Source of the DNA: Octopus sinensis
Taxonomy: Eukaryota
Length of the DNA: 64,000 bases
Direction: 5' to 3'
Assembly: GCF_006345805.1 (NCBI RefSeq)
Contig: NC_043011.1
Location: 7,316,001 to 7,380,000 of the forward strand
In this document: piece after piece, positions 1-10,917 of the stretch
Position numbering within the stretch: position 1 is the stretch's first letter
Layout of the letters: the number at the start of each line of letters is the position of its first letter
The notes under the pieces: generated by a model
Database searches by the model: none
What the model saw: only the letters and a program-made list of their open reading frames with translations
Told to the model about the DNA's origin: nothing
Translations under genes and position numbers: made by a program

Positions 1-59
1 AGTCAAAATCAGGTGATTTCTACCAACAAGGTATTGAAAATCATTGGGAAGAAGTGACA

Positions 60-327
60 TTTTGACTGGCTTCTGTACCAGTGGCACATAAAAAGCACCA
101 TCTGATCATGGTCGATGCCAGCTCCTCTGGCCTCTGTACCTGTGGCACGTAAAAAAGCACCCACTACACTCCCGGAGTGGCTGGTGTTAGGAAGGGCATC
201 CAGCTGTAGAAACACAGCCAGATCAAATTGGCGCCTGGAGCAGCCTCCTGGTTTCCCAGACCCCAGCTGACCTGTCCAGCTCATGCCAGCATGAAAAACG
301 GACATTAAACGATGATGATGATGATGA

Positions 328-329
<2 letters not shown>
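60..329 (+). mobile_element. RTE LINE family R1, 3' UTR fragment with (GAT)n tail
   Basis: Matches the 3' UTR of the 42830-46028 copy (GGCACGTAAAAAGCACC, GGTGTTAGGAAGGGCATCCAGCTGTAGAAAC) and ends in AAAC(GAT)n. Confidence 0.85.
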
Positions 330-366
<37 letters not shown>

Positions 367-474
367 GAGAGAGAGAGAATTTACAAAAAAACAAAAGACG
401 AAGACGTGTGTGTAAACAACAAACAGATGTATTAGTTTATACACACACACATATATACACATACGTATATATAT

Positions 475-575
<101 letters not shown>

Positions 576-1675
576 ATATATATACACACACATGCGTAGA
601 CATGTATGGTTACACATACACACCCCATATATATATATAAACCCATGTTTGTGTTTGTGTGTGCTTGTGTATGTAAGTTAAACTTCTAAAGCACACAGCC
701 AGGTTGCTTGGTACACATTGTTTTCTTTCTACACATCATTTATTCATGTACACACACACACACACACACAGACACACAGACACTTGCTCCCTCTCTTTCA
801 TAAGTGTCACTGCTTTTGCATTTAAGTTCTCCTGACACCTGCTACCCCCGAAGTGCTTCAATGAGCAAAGATTTTGCAAATGGCTTCTAAGAAAGAAACA
901 CACACCCAAGGCACGCAACAATGGAACCTCTAGGCTTGACCTACAAAAACATAATAACCCAGTCTCTCTCAAATACCACCTTCCCTACCATTTTAAAAAC
1001 AGGCAGACAAGATCGGACAATATTGAACATTTAAAAATCACAGGCAAGTTATGACAGGAATGCCTTTGGTTACGGGTCAGCTCACTCAGGACTGACCTGG
1101 GGTTGAACATCGAGAATGACCAACACCAAACTGGAAGACATTTCCGTAAACAAAGACATTGTAAACTTACTCTCATGACAACCTAGTTTTTATTTTTGTT
1201 TATACAGAATGTTGACACAGTATTACAACTTGTATATCAGTAAAACAGCATTGTAACACCGCACTCCTCTTCTGTAGGGATGAGAAACGGTTAAAAGTTG
1301 CTACAACTGAAAAGGGCAACTTACACTTGTAGTAAGTGTACGTCGCTTCAAATGTTAGGCCCCACAATTTTTGCAGATTACTCAAAGCAATCTTGTACAG
1401 GGTGTACAAAAAGTCTCTCTGCAGTTGAGTTTTTTTCATCCTGACTCTGCATGAGCCGGACTCTCCAAGATGTATTTCAAAACATGTGTAGAAGAGTCAA
1501 CTTATGTATTCGAAATGAAGGACGACACTTTCAACACCTCTTATAAAGTTTTTTAAAGTCTTGTAAAGTCTAATATATTCTTTTGTAGTCTTATACCATC
1601 TTAGAAATATTTATTTTGCAATAAAATACTTACTGCGGAGAGATTTTTTGAACACACTGTATGTGTTTATGTATA

Positions 1676-2094
1676 TACTCTTTTACTCTTTTACTCTTTT
1701 ACTTGTTTCAGTCAATTGACTGCAGCCATGCTGGAGCACCACCTTTGGTCGAGCAAATCGACCCCAGGACTTATTCTTTTTTGTAAGCCCAGTACTTATT
1801 CTATCAGTCTCTTTTGCCGAACCGCTAAGTGACGGGGACGTAAACACACCAGCATCGGTTGTCAAGCAATGCTAGGGGGACAAACACAGACACACAAACA
1901 CACCACATACATATATATATACACATATACACGACAGGCTTCTTTCAGTTTCCGTCTACCAAATCTACTCACAAGGCATTGGTCGGCCCGGGGCTATAGC
2001 AGAAGACACTTGCCCAAGGTGCCACGCAGTAGGACTGAACCCGGAACCATGTGGTTGGTTAGCAAGCTACTTACCACACAGCCACTTCTGCGCC
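1676..2094 (-). mobile_element. tRNA-derived SINE family A
   Basis: Reverse complement of the family A consensus seen at 14604-15029. Confidence 0.9.
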
Positions 2095-2115
2095 TATATA
2101 TATATATATATATAT

Positions 2116-2510
2116 CATCATCATCACCATCGTTTAACATCTGCTTTCCATGCTGGCATGGGTTGGATGGTTTGACTGAGGACTGGCACACAAGATGGCT
2201 GCACCAGACTCCAATCTGATGTGGCAAAGTTTTTACAGCTGGATGCCCTTCCTAACGCCAACCACTCCAAGAGTATAGTGGGTGCTTTTACTTGCCACCT
2301 GCACAGGAGCCAGTCCAGGAGCACTGGCATTGACCTCGCTCAAATATTTTTTCATGTGCTAGTAAGGCGATGCAGGTAGTGATCATGGTTGAATGATGCT
2401 TTTTATGTGCCACTGGCACAGAAGTCAATCTTCTGCTCTGGCAACAATCGTGCTCGGATGGTGCTCTTAGCGCTCCACTAGCACGGATGCTAGTCATCGA
2501 ATTTAATTTC
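2116..2510 (-). mobile_element. RTE R1 3' UTR fragment
   Basis: (CAT)n followed by GTTTAACATCTGCTTTCCATGCTGGCATGGG...GCTGGATGCCCTTCCTAACGCCAACC. Confidence 0.85.
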
Positions 2511-3297
2511 AATTTCAATATATATAAGAACCTTCCCTTCATGGATGAAGGGAATGTTCTTATGAACTAACTCTTCCACCCCAGTGGAATTTGAACTCAG
2601 AACATAAAAACCCATTGACATTTCATTACAAAGCATTTTTCTTTTTTTTCCCTCTTCTTTCTCTTTCCCTCCTCATTATGTACCTATCAACATATTTATG
2701 TATACAATGGGAAGGAAAAGAGTGGGATGAAAAAAAAGAAGAAACGTAAAAAAAATTTACTTGTAATGAAATTTCAATGGGTTGACCACACCAAATTGAA
2801 AAGAAACCTCTCTCTCCCTCTCTCTTCTCCCCTCTCTCTTCCCCCCTCTCTCTTCCCCCCTCTCTCTCTACGTATCAGTCTGTCTGTCTGTCTATCCTAT
2901 CCTCATCCTTTACTTTTTTTCTTCTTTCTTGATCGTCCTGAAACCTCCCTCTTTCTGTCTCCCCCTCTCTCTTTATCTAACTACCTATCCTTTCCTCATC
3001 TTTTACTTTTTTACCTCTTTCTTTATTGTCCTGAAACTTCTCCCCCTCTTTGCTTTTCTTTCTCTCTTGCCCTCTTTTTCCATAAAAACAAAAATATTTT
3101 TCTCCTCTTCTAAACTCAGCAAAAAACATCTGATTCATATGAATGAACAAGGAAATGTTCTGTTTTTATCATTTTGAGTTTGTCTTGATGAACTCGATAA
3201 ATGAACAAAAGCTCTAATAAAAAAATTATCCAAAATTCTGACTGCCTCCTTTTTCTTAATTTACAATATCTGTACACTTCTTCAAACACACTCTCTT

Positions 3298-3331
<34 letters not shown>

Positions 3332-3395
3332 CACAAATGTTCAATTTATAAGGAAGATCCAGAACAACAGTGAGCCAAATGTCACATAAATAAAC

Positions 3396-3439
<44 letters not shown>

Positions 3440-3641
3440 TAAAAACGGTAAGATAACAAAAGAAAGAAAGATATATATATCTATTGTGACTGCATAATGA
3501 AGCTCTCGATTCCACCAATCAATAGAGTCTATTCTAAGCTACAATAGTGACAACATGAATTTCTTCCATCTTCTTGCTCTGTCAAAGTATTCGAGTAAAA
3601 TTATGTCAATGTGTCCAACTGATTAAAATTCTATTTATTTG

Positions 3642-3727
3642 TGCAGCTGAGGATAGCCCTGCATTTAAACTGATGTAATAATTGCTTTGTTCAACTAAAT
3701 GGAGTCGCTTGAAACGGTCGTACTGCA
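3642..3727 (+). ncRNA. Type I hammerhead ribozyme, family F, long stem II
   Basis: Stem I TGCAG/CTGCA; core CTGAGGA (3647-53); GAAA (3711-14); stem III C-GGTC-G; GUA triplet (3720-22). Second copy at 62907. Confidence 0.75.
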
Positions 3728-3773
3728 TCACTTCTTGATATCCTGTTGCTTATTTTGATTATATATATATATA

Positions 3774-4032
3774 AATGTGGAGGCGTGGGGCTTAGTTGTT
3801 AGGGTGTTGAACTCATGATCATAAGGCTGTGGTTTCGATTCCTGGACCGGGCAATGCATTGTATTCTTGAGCAAAACACTTTATTTTCACGTTGCTCCAG
3901 TCCACTCAGCTGGCAAAAATGGGTAATTCTGCAACGGACCAGCGTCCTGTCCAGGTGGGGAATTTCTACGCCACTGAAACCGGGAAACCGGGAAACCGGC
4001 CCTTATGAGCCTGGCATGGCTCGAGAAGGAAC

Positions 4033-4040
<8 letters not shown>
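3774..4040 (+). mobile_element. tRNA-derived SINE type C1 (CORE-like centre)
   Basis: A/B-box-like head (GGCTTAGTTGTTAG, GGTTTCGATTCC), then CTTGAGCAAAACACTTTATTTTCACGTTGCTCCAGTCCACTCAGCTGG. Second copy at 8634. Confidence 0.75.
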
Positions 4041-4092
<52 letters not shown>

Positions 4093-4387
4093 AGTGTAAG
4101 ATCCAAGGATTGAGGTGTAGAAGAATGTTAGCTGCGAGCATTCCATAGTAAATATAAAAACAATTTTCAGGGACAATAGCGGTTTATATAGCAATTGTGG
4201 ATTTTTTCTCATTGGAGTACAACAAATTAAGATAAGTTCTTTTTATATTTCCCGGTAGGCAACCAGGGTTACAGGGTATGCAAATGAGAAAACAAGAGTT
4301 AAGGAACCTTAGAAGTGGTAAATTTCCAAGTGAGGTGTATACTGTAGAGTACTCTTCAGGCCAAAGATATCTTGAATATACATACAT

Positions 4388-4440
<53 letters not shown>

Positions 4441-4474
4441 TATATATACATATGTGCGTGTGTGTGTATACACA

Positions 4475-5215
4475 CAAGCAAAATGTCCCTTGTCCAATGG
4501 ACAGTGCTGAGTTGTCAAACATTTAAATCAAATTTTCTCAAAACAACTTGTCCGACCGCTCCATAGGCCTCCCCTTTGAAAAACACTGATTTATCCTAAA
4601 TTTGAGACACCAGCAAAAGAAGAAATAAAGATAGACTTTTTTTCTATTCCAAAGAAAAACGATTTTATTCACACAAATATGCAACTGAAGAGTTTAAAGT
4701 ACCAATAATGATAAGGCTGTTGACTGGGAGAACACAAACATGGTTTAAACAGTAAGCTTGGCTGGCAAGAAACGTGCTTTTAAGCAGTACAAAAACAACA
4801 GAAAATGGAAGGTGCAGTTATGTACAGGTTGACGGAAGACAAGGAGAAAAACGATGCATGCAAATGGGTTAGCTGGAGGTAAATCTAGATGGAAAAGCAT
4901 GATGAATTTATGAGAACGTACCTGGGACAATAGTAAGTTTAACTGATAAAACATGTAGGAAAGTGCACGTGCATTTTTCTCACGTACACATAGTATCGAT
5001 TGCAACAGCTGATGTCCTTGCACATACAAATGCACATTCCCACGGCTTTATCAATCACATTCTCACCTGGAATCGATTTTTGTAACTTTTTTAAGACTTA
5101 TACACGCCCTGATACTGTCAGTATCTACATATCAAATCCCGGCGCAATCGGATGGAGGATGCCCGAGATCCTAGAAGCCACACACACACACATACAGAAC
5201 AGATTTTATATAATA
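4475..5215 (-). mobile_element. Non-autonomous Helitron-like element
   Basis: Minus strand begins TATATAAAATCTGTTCTGTATGTGTG and ends in a (T/C)TGTCC-ATT-GGACA(A/G) hairpin followed by GCTTG|T. The same 3' end recurs at 18005-18086 and 19246-19433. Confidence 0.6.
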
Positions 5216-5289
5216 TATATATATATATATATATAGTCACTATGAGGATATTTAGACCTCTTATAGGGATATTTTTATCCAAGATACAC

Positions 5290-5690
5290 TGGCTTAATAT
5301 ATTAGATTTTGATGAGGCATCTCTTCAATGAATATATCTTATAAAATATCATAAAATATCAAATATTATGTGTGGTGTTGGCAGTCGGTGTTATGGGATG
5401 TGATGAGCTATGTGGTGTTGGTGGAGAGGATGACAAATGAGGTGGGAGGAAGTAGGGCTTGCAGGGGCCGGCGGAAGACTGCAGTGTGCATGCGTGGCAG
5501 GAAGCGGAAACGGTCAAGCAGGACACACGTGTGGTCATCGATGAAGCGGGCCAGTTCGAGCATAGACAACGAAGCGACTGGACGTGTTGAATTTGTGAGA
5601 GACTGCTGATTTTTGCCACAGTAAGGCCTTTTGTATTTCTTTCTCCCGTTGCTTCTTCTTCTGTTGTCCTCTTCATCCATCACACTACAT
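5290..5690 (-). mobile_element. Degenerate Penelope-like GIY-YIG C-terminal fragment
   Basis: ORF 5408-5683 reads RPYCGKNQQSLTNSTR...LARFIDDHTC...RRPLQALL, resembling the second GIY-YIG motif region. Followed by a decayed HHR-like motif TTGAAGA-GATG-CCT-CATC-AAAA (about 5296-5338). Confidence 0.4.
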
Positions 5691-5692
5691 TA

Positions 5693-6000
5693 TGAATGCT
5701 TGAAATGTGCTTTTTACGTGCCACCAGAATGGGTGCCTATTGTGTGACACCAGCATTTGTCATGACTCTGATTTCACTTGGTTTAATGGGTCTTCTCAAG
5801 CACAACATATTGCCAAAGGTCTCGGTCACTAGACATTGCCCCTGTAAAGCCCAAAGTTCAAAGGTCATGCTTTACCCCCTCGTCCCTGGGTCTACCTCTA
5901 TCACAGGTTCCCTCCACAGTTAGAGATTGGCATTTGTCTACACAACTGTCCTTGTCCATACGCATCACATGACCATACCAGTGCAATTGTCTCTCTTACA
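5693..6000 (-). mobile_element. RTE R1 fragment (ORF end and 3' UTR)
   Basis: Similar to the reverse complement of 45290-45500 plus UTR motifs. Confidence 0.75.
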
Positions 6001-6042
6001 CACACACACACATATATACATATATATGTGTATGTTTGTATT

Positions 6043-6089
<47 letters not shown>

Positions 6090-6319
6090 CATTGTGTTTA
6101 TATTTGCTCCCCCTCCCCAACCATCTGTTGACAACCAGGGTTAGTTTTTTTGCAACCTGTAGCTAAGTGGTTTAGCAAAAGAGGCCAACAAAATAAAGAC
6201 CAGTCTGAGAAGAACAAAACAAGGATGGCACGGGTGATGGTTGGGTGGGGGGGGGTCGATTCTTTTGACCAAACCCATCGCAACTGAATGACCGAAACAG
6301 GTAAAAGATAATAGACTAA

Positions 6320-6445
6320 TGCTGTTGTTGTTGATGTTGTGGTTGTTAATGTGGTTGTTGTTGTTGTGGTTGGTGGTGGTGGTTGTTGTGGTTGTTGTTG
6401 TGGTTGTTGTTGTGGTTGTTGTTGTTGTTGTTGTTGCGGTGGTGG

Positions 6446-6480
<35 letters not shown>

Positions 6481-6520
6481 TGGTGGTGGTAGTGGTGTTG
6501 GTGGTTGGTGGTGGTTGTTA
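6320..6520. repeat. Compound (GTT)n/(GGT)n microsatellite
   Basis: Direct inspection; explains the poly-T/V/C ORFs. Confidence 0.95.
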
Positions 6521-6665
6521 TCAAAACCTGTTGTTTTCCGCTTTAAGATAGCAACTGAGATAAAAATCTTATCAAACCCAACACACTAATTTTCCCATAA
6601 ACTAAACAAAATTTCAGAATATATTAATTTCTAATGTCCTTTTATTTGTTGTGACATGTATAGCA

Positions 6666-6962
6666 CAGTTATGGCTGTGTGGTTAAGAAGTTTGCTTCTC
6701 ATCCATGAGGTTTCAGGTTCAATCCTACTGGAAGCCACCTTGGACGAGTGTCTTCTATGATCGCAGAGCCTTGTGAATAGACTTTGTAGATGGAAACTGA
6801 AAAAGTCCTGGTGTGGCTGTGTGGTAAGATGCTTGCTTCCCAACCACGTGGTTCTGGGTTCAGTCCCACTGTGTGGCACCTTAGGCAGGTGTCTTCTACT
6901 ATAGCCTTGGGCCATCCAAAGCTTTGTGAGTGGATTTGGAAGAGGGAAACTGAAAGAAGCCT

Positions 6963-7030
<68 letters not shown>

Positions 7031-7225
7031 ATGTATCTTTGTGTCTGTGTTTGTCCTCCCTATCACTGCTTGACAACCAGTGTTGGTGTGTTTACGTCCC
7101 CATAACTTAGTGGTTCAGCAAAAGCAACCAATAGAATAAGTCCTAGGGTTCATTTGTTCAACTAAAACCCTTCAAGCCAGTGCTCCAGCTTGGCCACAGT
7201 CAAATGACTGAAACAAGTAAAAGAA
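6666..7225 (+). mobile_element. SINE A preceded by a second partial head
   Basis: Two consecutive GGCTGTGTGGT(T)AAG heads (about 6672 and 6813), then body and tail. Confidence 0.8.
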
Positions 7226-8385
7226 TATATATATCACATGACCGGTGTTCAGCCAGGCATGATCTTTCATTCTTGGCTCGACTGCTGACCGCAAACATCT
7301 CTTATGTCCATCTCCCATGTTCCTGCCTCAAGGCTTTCAATCTATACACGCCAGCTCAATTTGATTCGTCTTTATTGGTCGAAAGATACTTGTTATTTTC
7401 TTGTTGTTTGTATTTGTAATTGCGTTACACGCTCTCCATTTTTTAAATCTTTGTTGTCATACACATGAGCTTGCTTTCTCACAAAAAAATCTAATGCTCT
7501 TTGCTTAGACTTTTTGGGAGCAACCAGATTTGAACAGTCTCAAGTGTAACTGTCTGAAACTGTAAGGACAATCTGGAAACTTGACTGATGAGAGAAGGCC
7601 ATGAATAATTCGTCCTTGTTTTTTCCTGTCTCTCTATTTGTTGTTTTTCCTGTCCACCTTTGTATCATTTATCTATTTGGATGTTTTATTGTCTCCTATG
7701 CCATTTTTGGTCCAATTTTTAATATTTATATATATAGACACAAAAGAATGGAGAATCAAATATTCTTTAATAAGGTTATGCATGTTTCAGATACACTAAT
7801 AAATTCCAAAATTCTGCCATGCAGTAATCATCCATATTAATGAATCCCATATTTGATCGACAATGATTCTTCAGAGACTGAGAAATTAAACACCATTCTG
7901 TCCTTATTAAAGCTGTACCACATTGCTTGGAATAGAGAACAGTTTCAGGGAGAGAGATAATAGCAATAACTTGTAGGGAAGTGTCTCAGCAGATTGCTTA
8001 GGAATTATATCTATTGGATCTGGCTAGAATTGTAATATGACACTTGGTTTCTTCAGTCCTAAATGCCAACTAGAAAAATAGTTATGATAAAATTCCTGTC
8101 CCATATAAACATTTATTGACCAATATAAATACACAGAGGAGACATGAAGAATCAATTTATTCAGTAGATAATTATTTAGGTCACAAGGGAAATGTCATTT
8201 AATCCAAATTAATGTGCCTAAACAAAGACTGGTTGAGTTACATATATATTCATAGACACACTTACATACACACATAGATTCAAAATGACAAAAAACATCC
8301 CAAATAACCACTCTGAAACAGCCTTTTCCCAAAACTCAAGAAAACAAATTGAAGTCTTGATCTTTTTCAACTAACTCACATATAC

Positions 8386-8628
8386 ATGGGGGTGGATGCA
8401 GATGTCTTTAAAATAAAACTGGATCTCTTCCTGTCAGGTCTCCCAGATGAACCAACTTCACGGCAGGAGGTGCAGATGAGGGCAGCTGCATCGAACTCTC
8501 TCATGCACCAGATGGCATTTGCTAAAAAGCATTCGTGAAATAAAATCATGTAGCAACACCAAATGGCAGTGCCCCAGCATGGCCACAGCTTGTGAGCTGA
8601 AACTAAATAAAATAAAAAAAAAAAAAAT
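8386..8628 (+). mobile_element. CR1/L2-like LINE 3' end (ORF2 C-terminus, 3' UTR, A-rich tail)
   Basis: Frame 8386-8538 reads MGVDADVFKIKLDLFLSGLPDEPTSRQEVQMRAAASNSLMHQMAFAKKHS*, resembling the FK..LD.FL..PDEP...RAA.SNSL C-terminus of CR1-group ORF2. Confidence 0.7.
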
Positions 8629-8633
8629 ACAGT

Positions 8634-8890
8634 ACATGTGGAGGCAAGTGGCTTAGTGGTTAAGGTGTAGGAATTATGATTGTAAGACTGTGGTTTCGAT
8701 TCCTGGACTGGGCGACGTGATGTTTTCTCGAGCAAAATACTACATTTCACATTGCTCCAGTCCACTCAACTGGCAAAAGTGAGTAATCGTACAGTGGAGT
8801 GGCATCCTATCCGGGTGGGGAGTATATACACTTTATAAATGGGGAAAATGGCCCTATGAGTCTATATAACTCGGGAAGGAACTTTATTTC
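8634..8890 (+). mobile_element. SINE type C1
   Basis: Homologous to 3774-4040. Confidence 0.75.
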
Positions 8891-9100
8891 TTTTACTCAT
8901 ATACATAAAAAGGGGAAATCCTCAACAGCCCACAATTCATGATGAATTTATTCTCAGAAAGAAAAGAAAACACTCAATAAATAGTATTTATTCAAATTCT
9001 GATTACCTTCTTCCTAGTGTGAGGAAGGGCATCCAGCCATAGGAACCTTGCCAAAATAGACACTGGGGCCTGGTGTGGCCCCAGACTTTACTGGCTCTGC

Positions 9101-9415
9101 TATCTAGGTGACCAAGTCTGTAGTGGGGGTGGTTGCTCTGAGAGTGTAGCGACTAGAGTAAGAATAGCCTGAGCAAAGTTCAGGGAGCTTCTACCTCTGC
9201 AGGCAACTAAGGGCATCTTGCTCAGGGTGAAAGGTAGACTGTATGATACATGTGTGCGAACTGCCATGCTACATGGCAGTGAAACATGGGCCATGAATGC
9301 TGAGAATATGCATAGGCTTGAAAGAAATGAAGCTAGTATGATCAGCTGGATGTGTAATGTCAGTGTGCATACATGGCAGAATGCAAGCACCCTGAGAGAA
9401 AAGTTGGGCATAAGA
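9101..9415 (+). mobile_element. RTE R1 RT C-terminal fragment
   Basis: YLGDQV...RVKGRLYDTCVRTAMLHGSETWA, matching ORF 44221-45459. Confidence 0.9.
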
Positions 9416-9570
9416 AGGTATAAAAAATATTTTTATTATTATTATTTTTTATTCCTCATTTTTGTTCTTTATTTAGTAATGAATAATTATTTTGACAATT
9501 TCTAGTTGAATAATTTTGATTGTCATGTCTTTATATAGGATGTAAATAGTAAATTAGTTTCATATAATCC

Positions 9571-9666
9571 AGACCTGAAGATTAGCAGTATAGTCAGATT
9601 GATATGGTATTGAATTTCTATTTCAGCCATACCGATAGATATATTGTCATGAAACATGCGTTGTCT
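9571..9666 (+). ncRNA. Type I hammerhead ribozyme with long, partly decayed stem II
   Basis: Stem I AGAC/GTCT; CTGAAGA (9575-81); GAAA (9651-54); stem III C-ATGC-G; GUU triplet. Stem II contains CAGTATA/TATATTG, TATGG/CCATA and TGAA/TTCA. Confidence 0.6.
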
Positions 9667-10129
9667 ATATAATTTAATATATGACTCAGAATAGTAATTG
9701 TAGATATCAATTTGATAAAATTTAATCTTATTTATCTCTATCATAGATAATGTTGTTCAATGTTGTTTGAGTTGCTTGAAGGTGGTTCTGTCTCTTAAAC
9801 CTATCTATATATATATATATGTATATAATACAGTGAGAAATTCATTTCAGAACCAATAAATTGAATTTCTTTCCCCCATGGACTTGGAAATAACTTCCTT
9901 AATATTAATAATTATATATATATATAAACATAATTAAAGGATAAAATCATTAAAATTAATGAATTTTATCAGTGGCCAGCATGTAAAAAGACTTTTTAGG
10001 TAAAATACATATAATAACCTGATAACCTGGTGTAGGACTCAATATACACATACTTCAGAATAAAGCATCAGTTGATTACAGAGAGCACAAGATGATAAAG
10101 GAATAAACCATTATCTTATGAACTCCATT

Positions 10130-10210
10130 AGCTTACAGTTGTTTCTGCTATAAGATGCAGTGGACACATAGTTGAGTGCCTGAGTAACAACTTATCGCTT
10201 CATCAGAGCC
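10130..10210 (-). ncRNA. Hammerhead ribozyme family E, within an element spanning about 10025-10225
   Basis: Minus strand: GGCT-CTGATGA-A-GCGATAAG...CTTATAGC-A-GAAA-C-AACT-G-TA-AGCT. Homologues at 60035-60360 and a 3' piece at 14118-14160. Confidence 0.6.
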
Positions 10211-10265
10211 TCAAATATGAAATGCAATTTATTTGGGAAAAGAATTCCATTTATGCATATGTACA

Positions 10266-10471
10266 AGAAAAAACATTACCAATAAGAAAGCAAACACCTA
10301 TGTGGGGGATGAAAACCAGGGCTTCCCATAAATGGAATCATACTGTATTCTGTTTATCAAATTATATCCTAATATTCTATCTTATTATAATCTAATATTC
10401 TATTTATGGGAGGAGCACCTGATTTTCATCTCCACACAGGTGTTTGCTTTCTCACAGGTAATGCTTTTTCT
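10266..10471. mobile_element. MITE-like foldback element
   Basis: Imperfect inverted arms of about 68 bp (10266-10333 and 10402-10471); no clear TSD. Confidence 0.6.
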
Positions 10472-10481
10472 CATATATATT

Positions 10482-10895
10482 CTCTCTTTACTCTTTACTC
10501 TTTTACTTGTTTCAGTCATTTGACTGAGGCCATGCTGGAGCACCACCTTTTTAATCGAGCAACTCGACCCCAGGACTTATTCTTTTGTAAGCCCAGTACT
10601 TATTTTATCGGTCTCTTTTGCCAAACCACTAAGTAACGGGGACATAAACACACCAGCATCGGTTGTCAAGCAATGCTAGGGGGACAAACACAGACACACA
10701 AACACACACACACATATATATATATACATATATATGACGGGCTTCTTTCAGTTTCCGTCTACCAAATCCACTCACAAGGCTTTGGTCGGCCCGAGGCTAT
10801 AGTAGAAGACACTTGCCGAAGGTGCCACGCAGTGGGACTGAACCCGGAACCATGTGGTTGGTAAACAAGCTACTTACCACACAGCCACTCCTGCG
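10482..10895 (-). mobile_element. SINE A
   Basis: Family A reverse complement. Confidence 0.9.
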
Positions 10896-10917
10896 TATAT
10901 ATATATATATACATAGA

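Noticed and set aside
1395-1640. Tc1/mariner-like TACAGGGTGT terminus
   Set aside because: No partner TIR identified.
2524-2563. 40-bp palindrome (19-bp arms, 1 mismatch)
   Set aside because: Real but short, wedged between two repeats, and without evidence of function.
4320-4372. Minus-strand CTGAAGA-GTAC...GTAT hammerhead start
   Set aside because: GAAA and stem III do not follow stem II.
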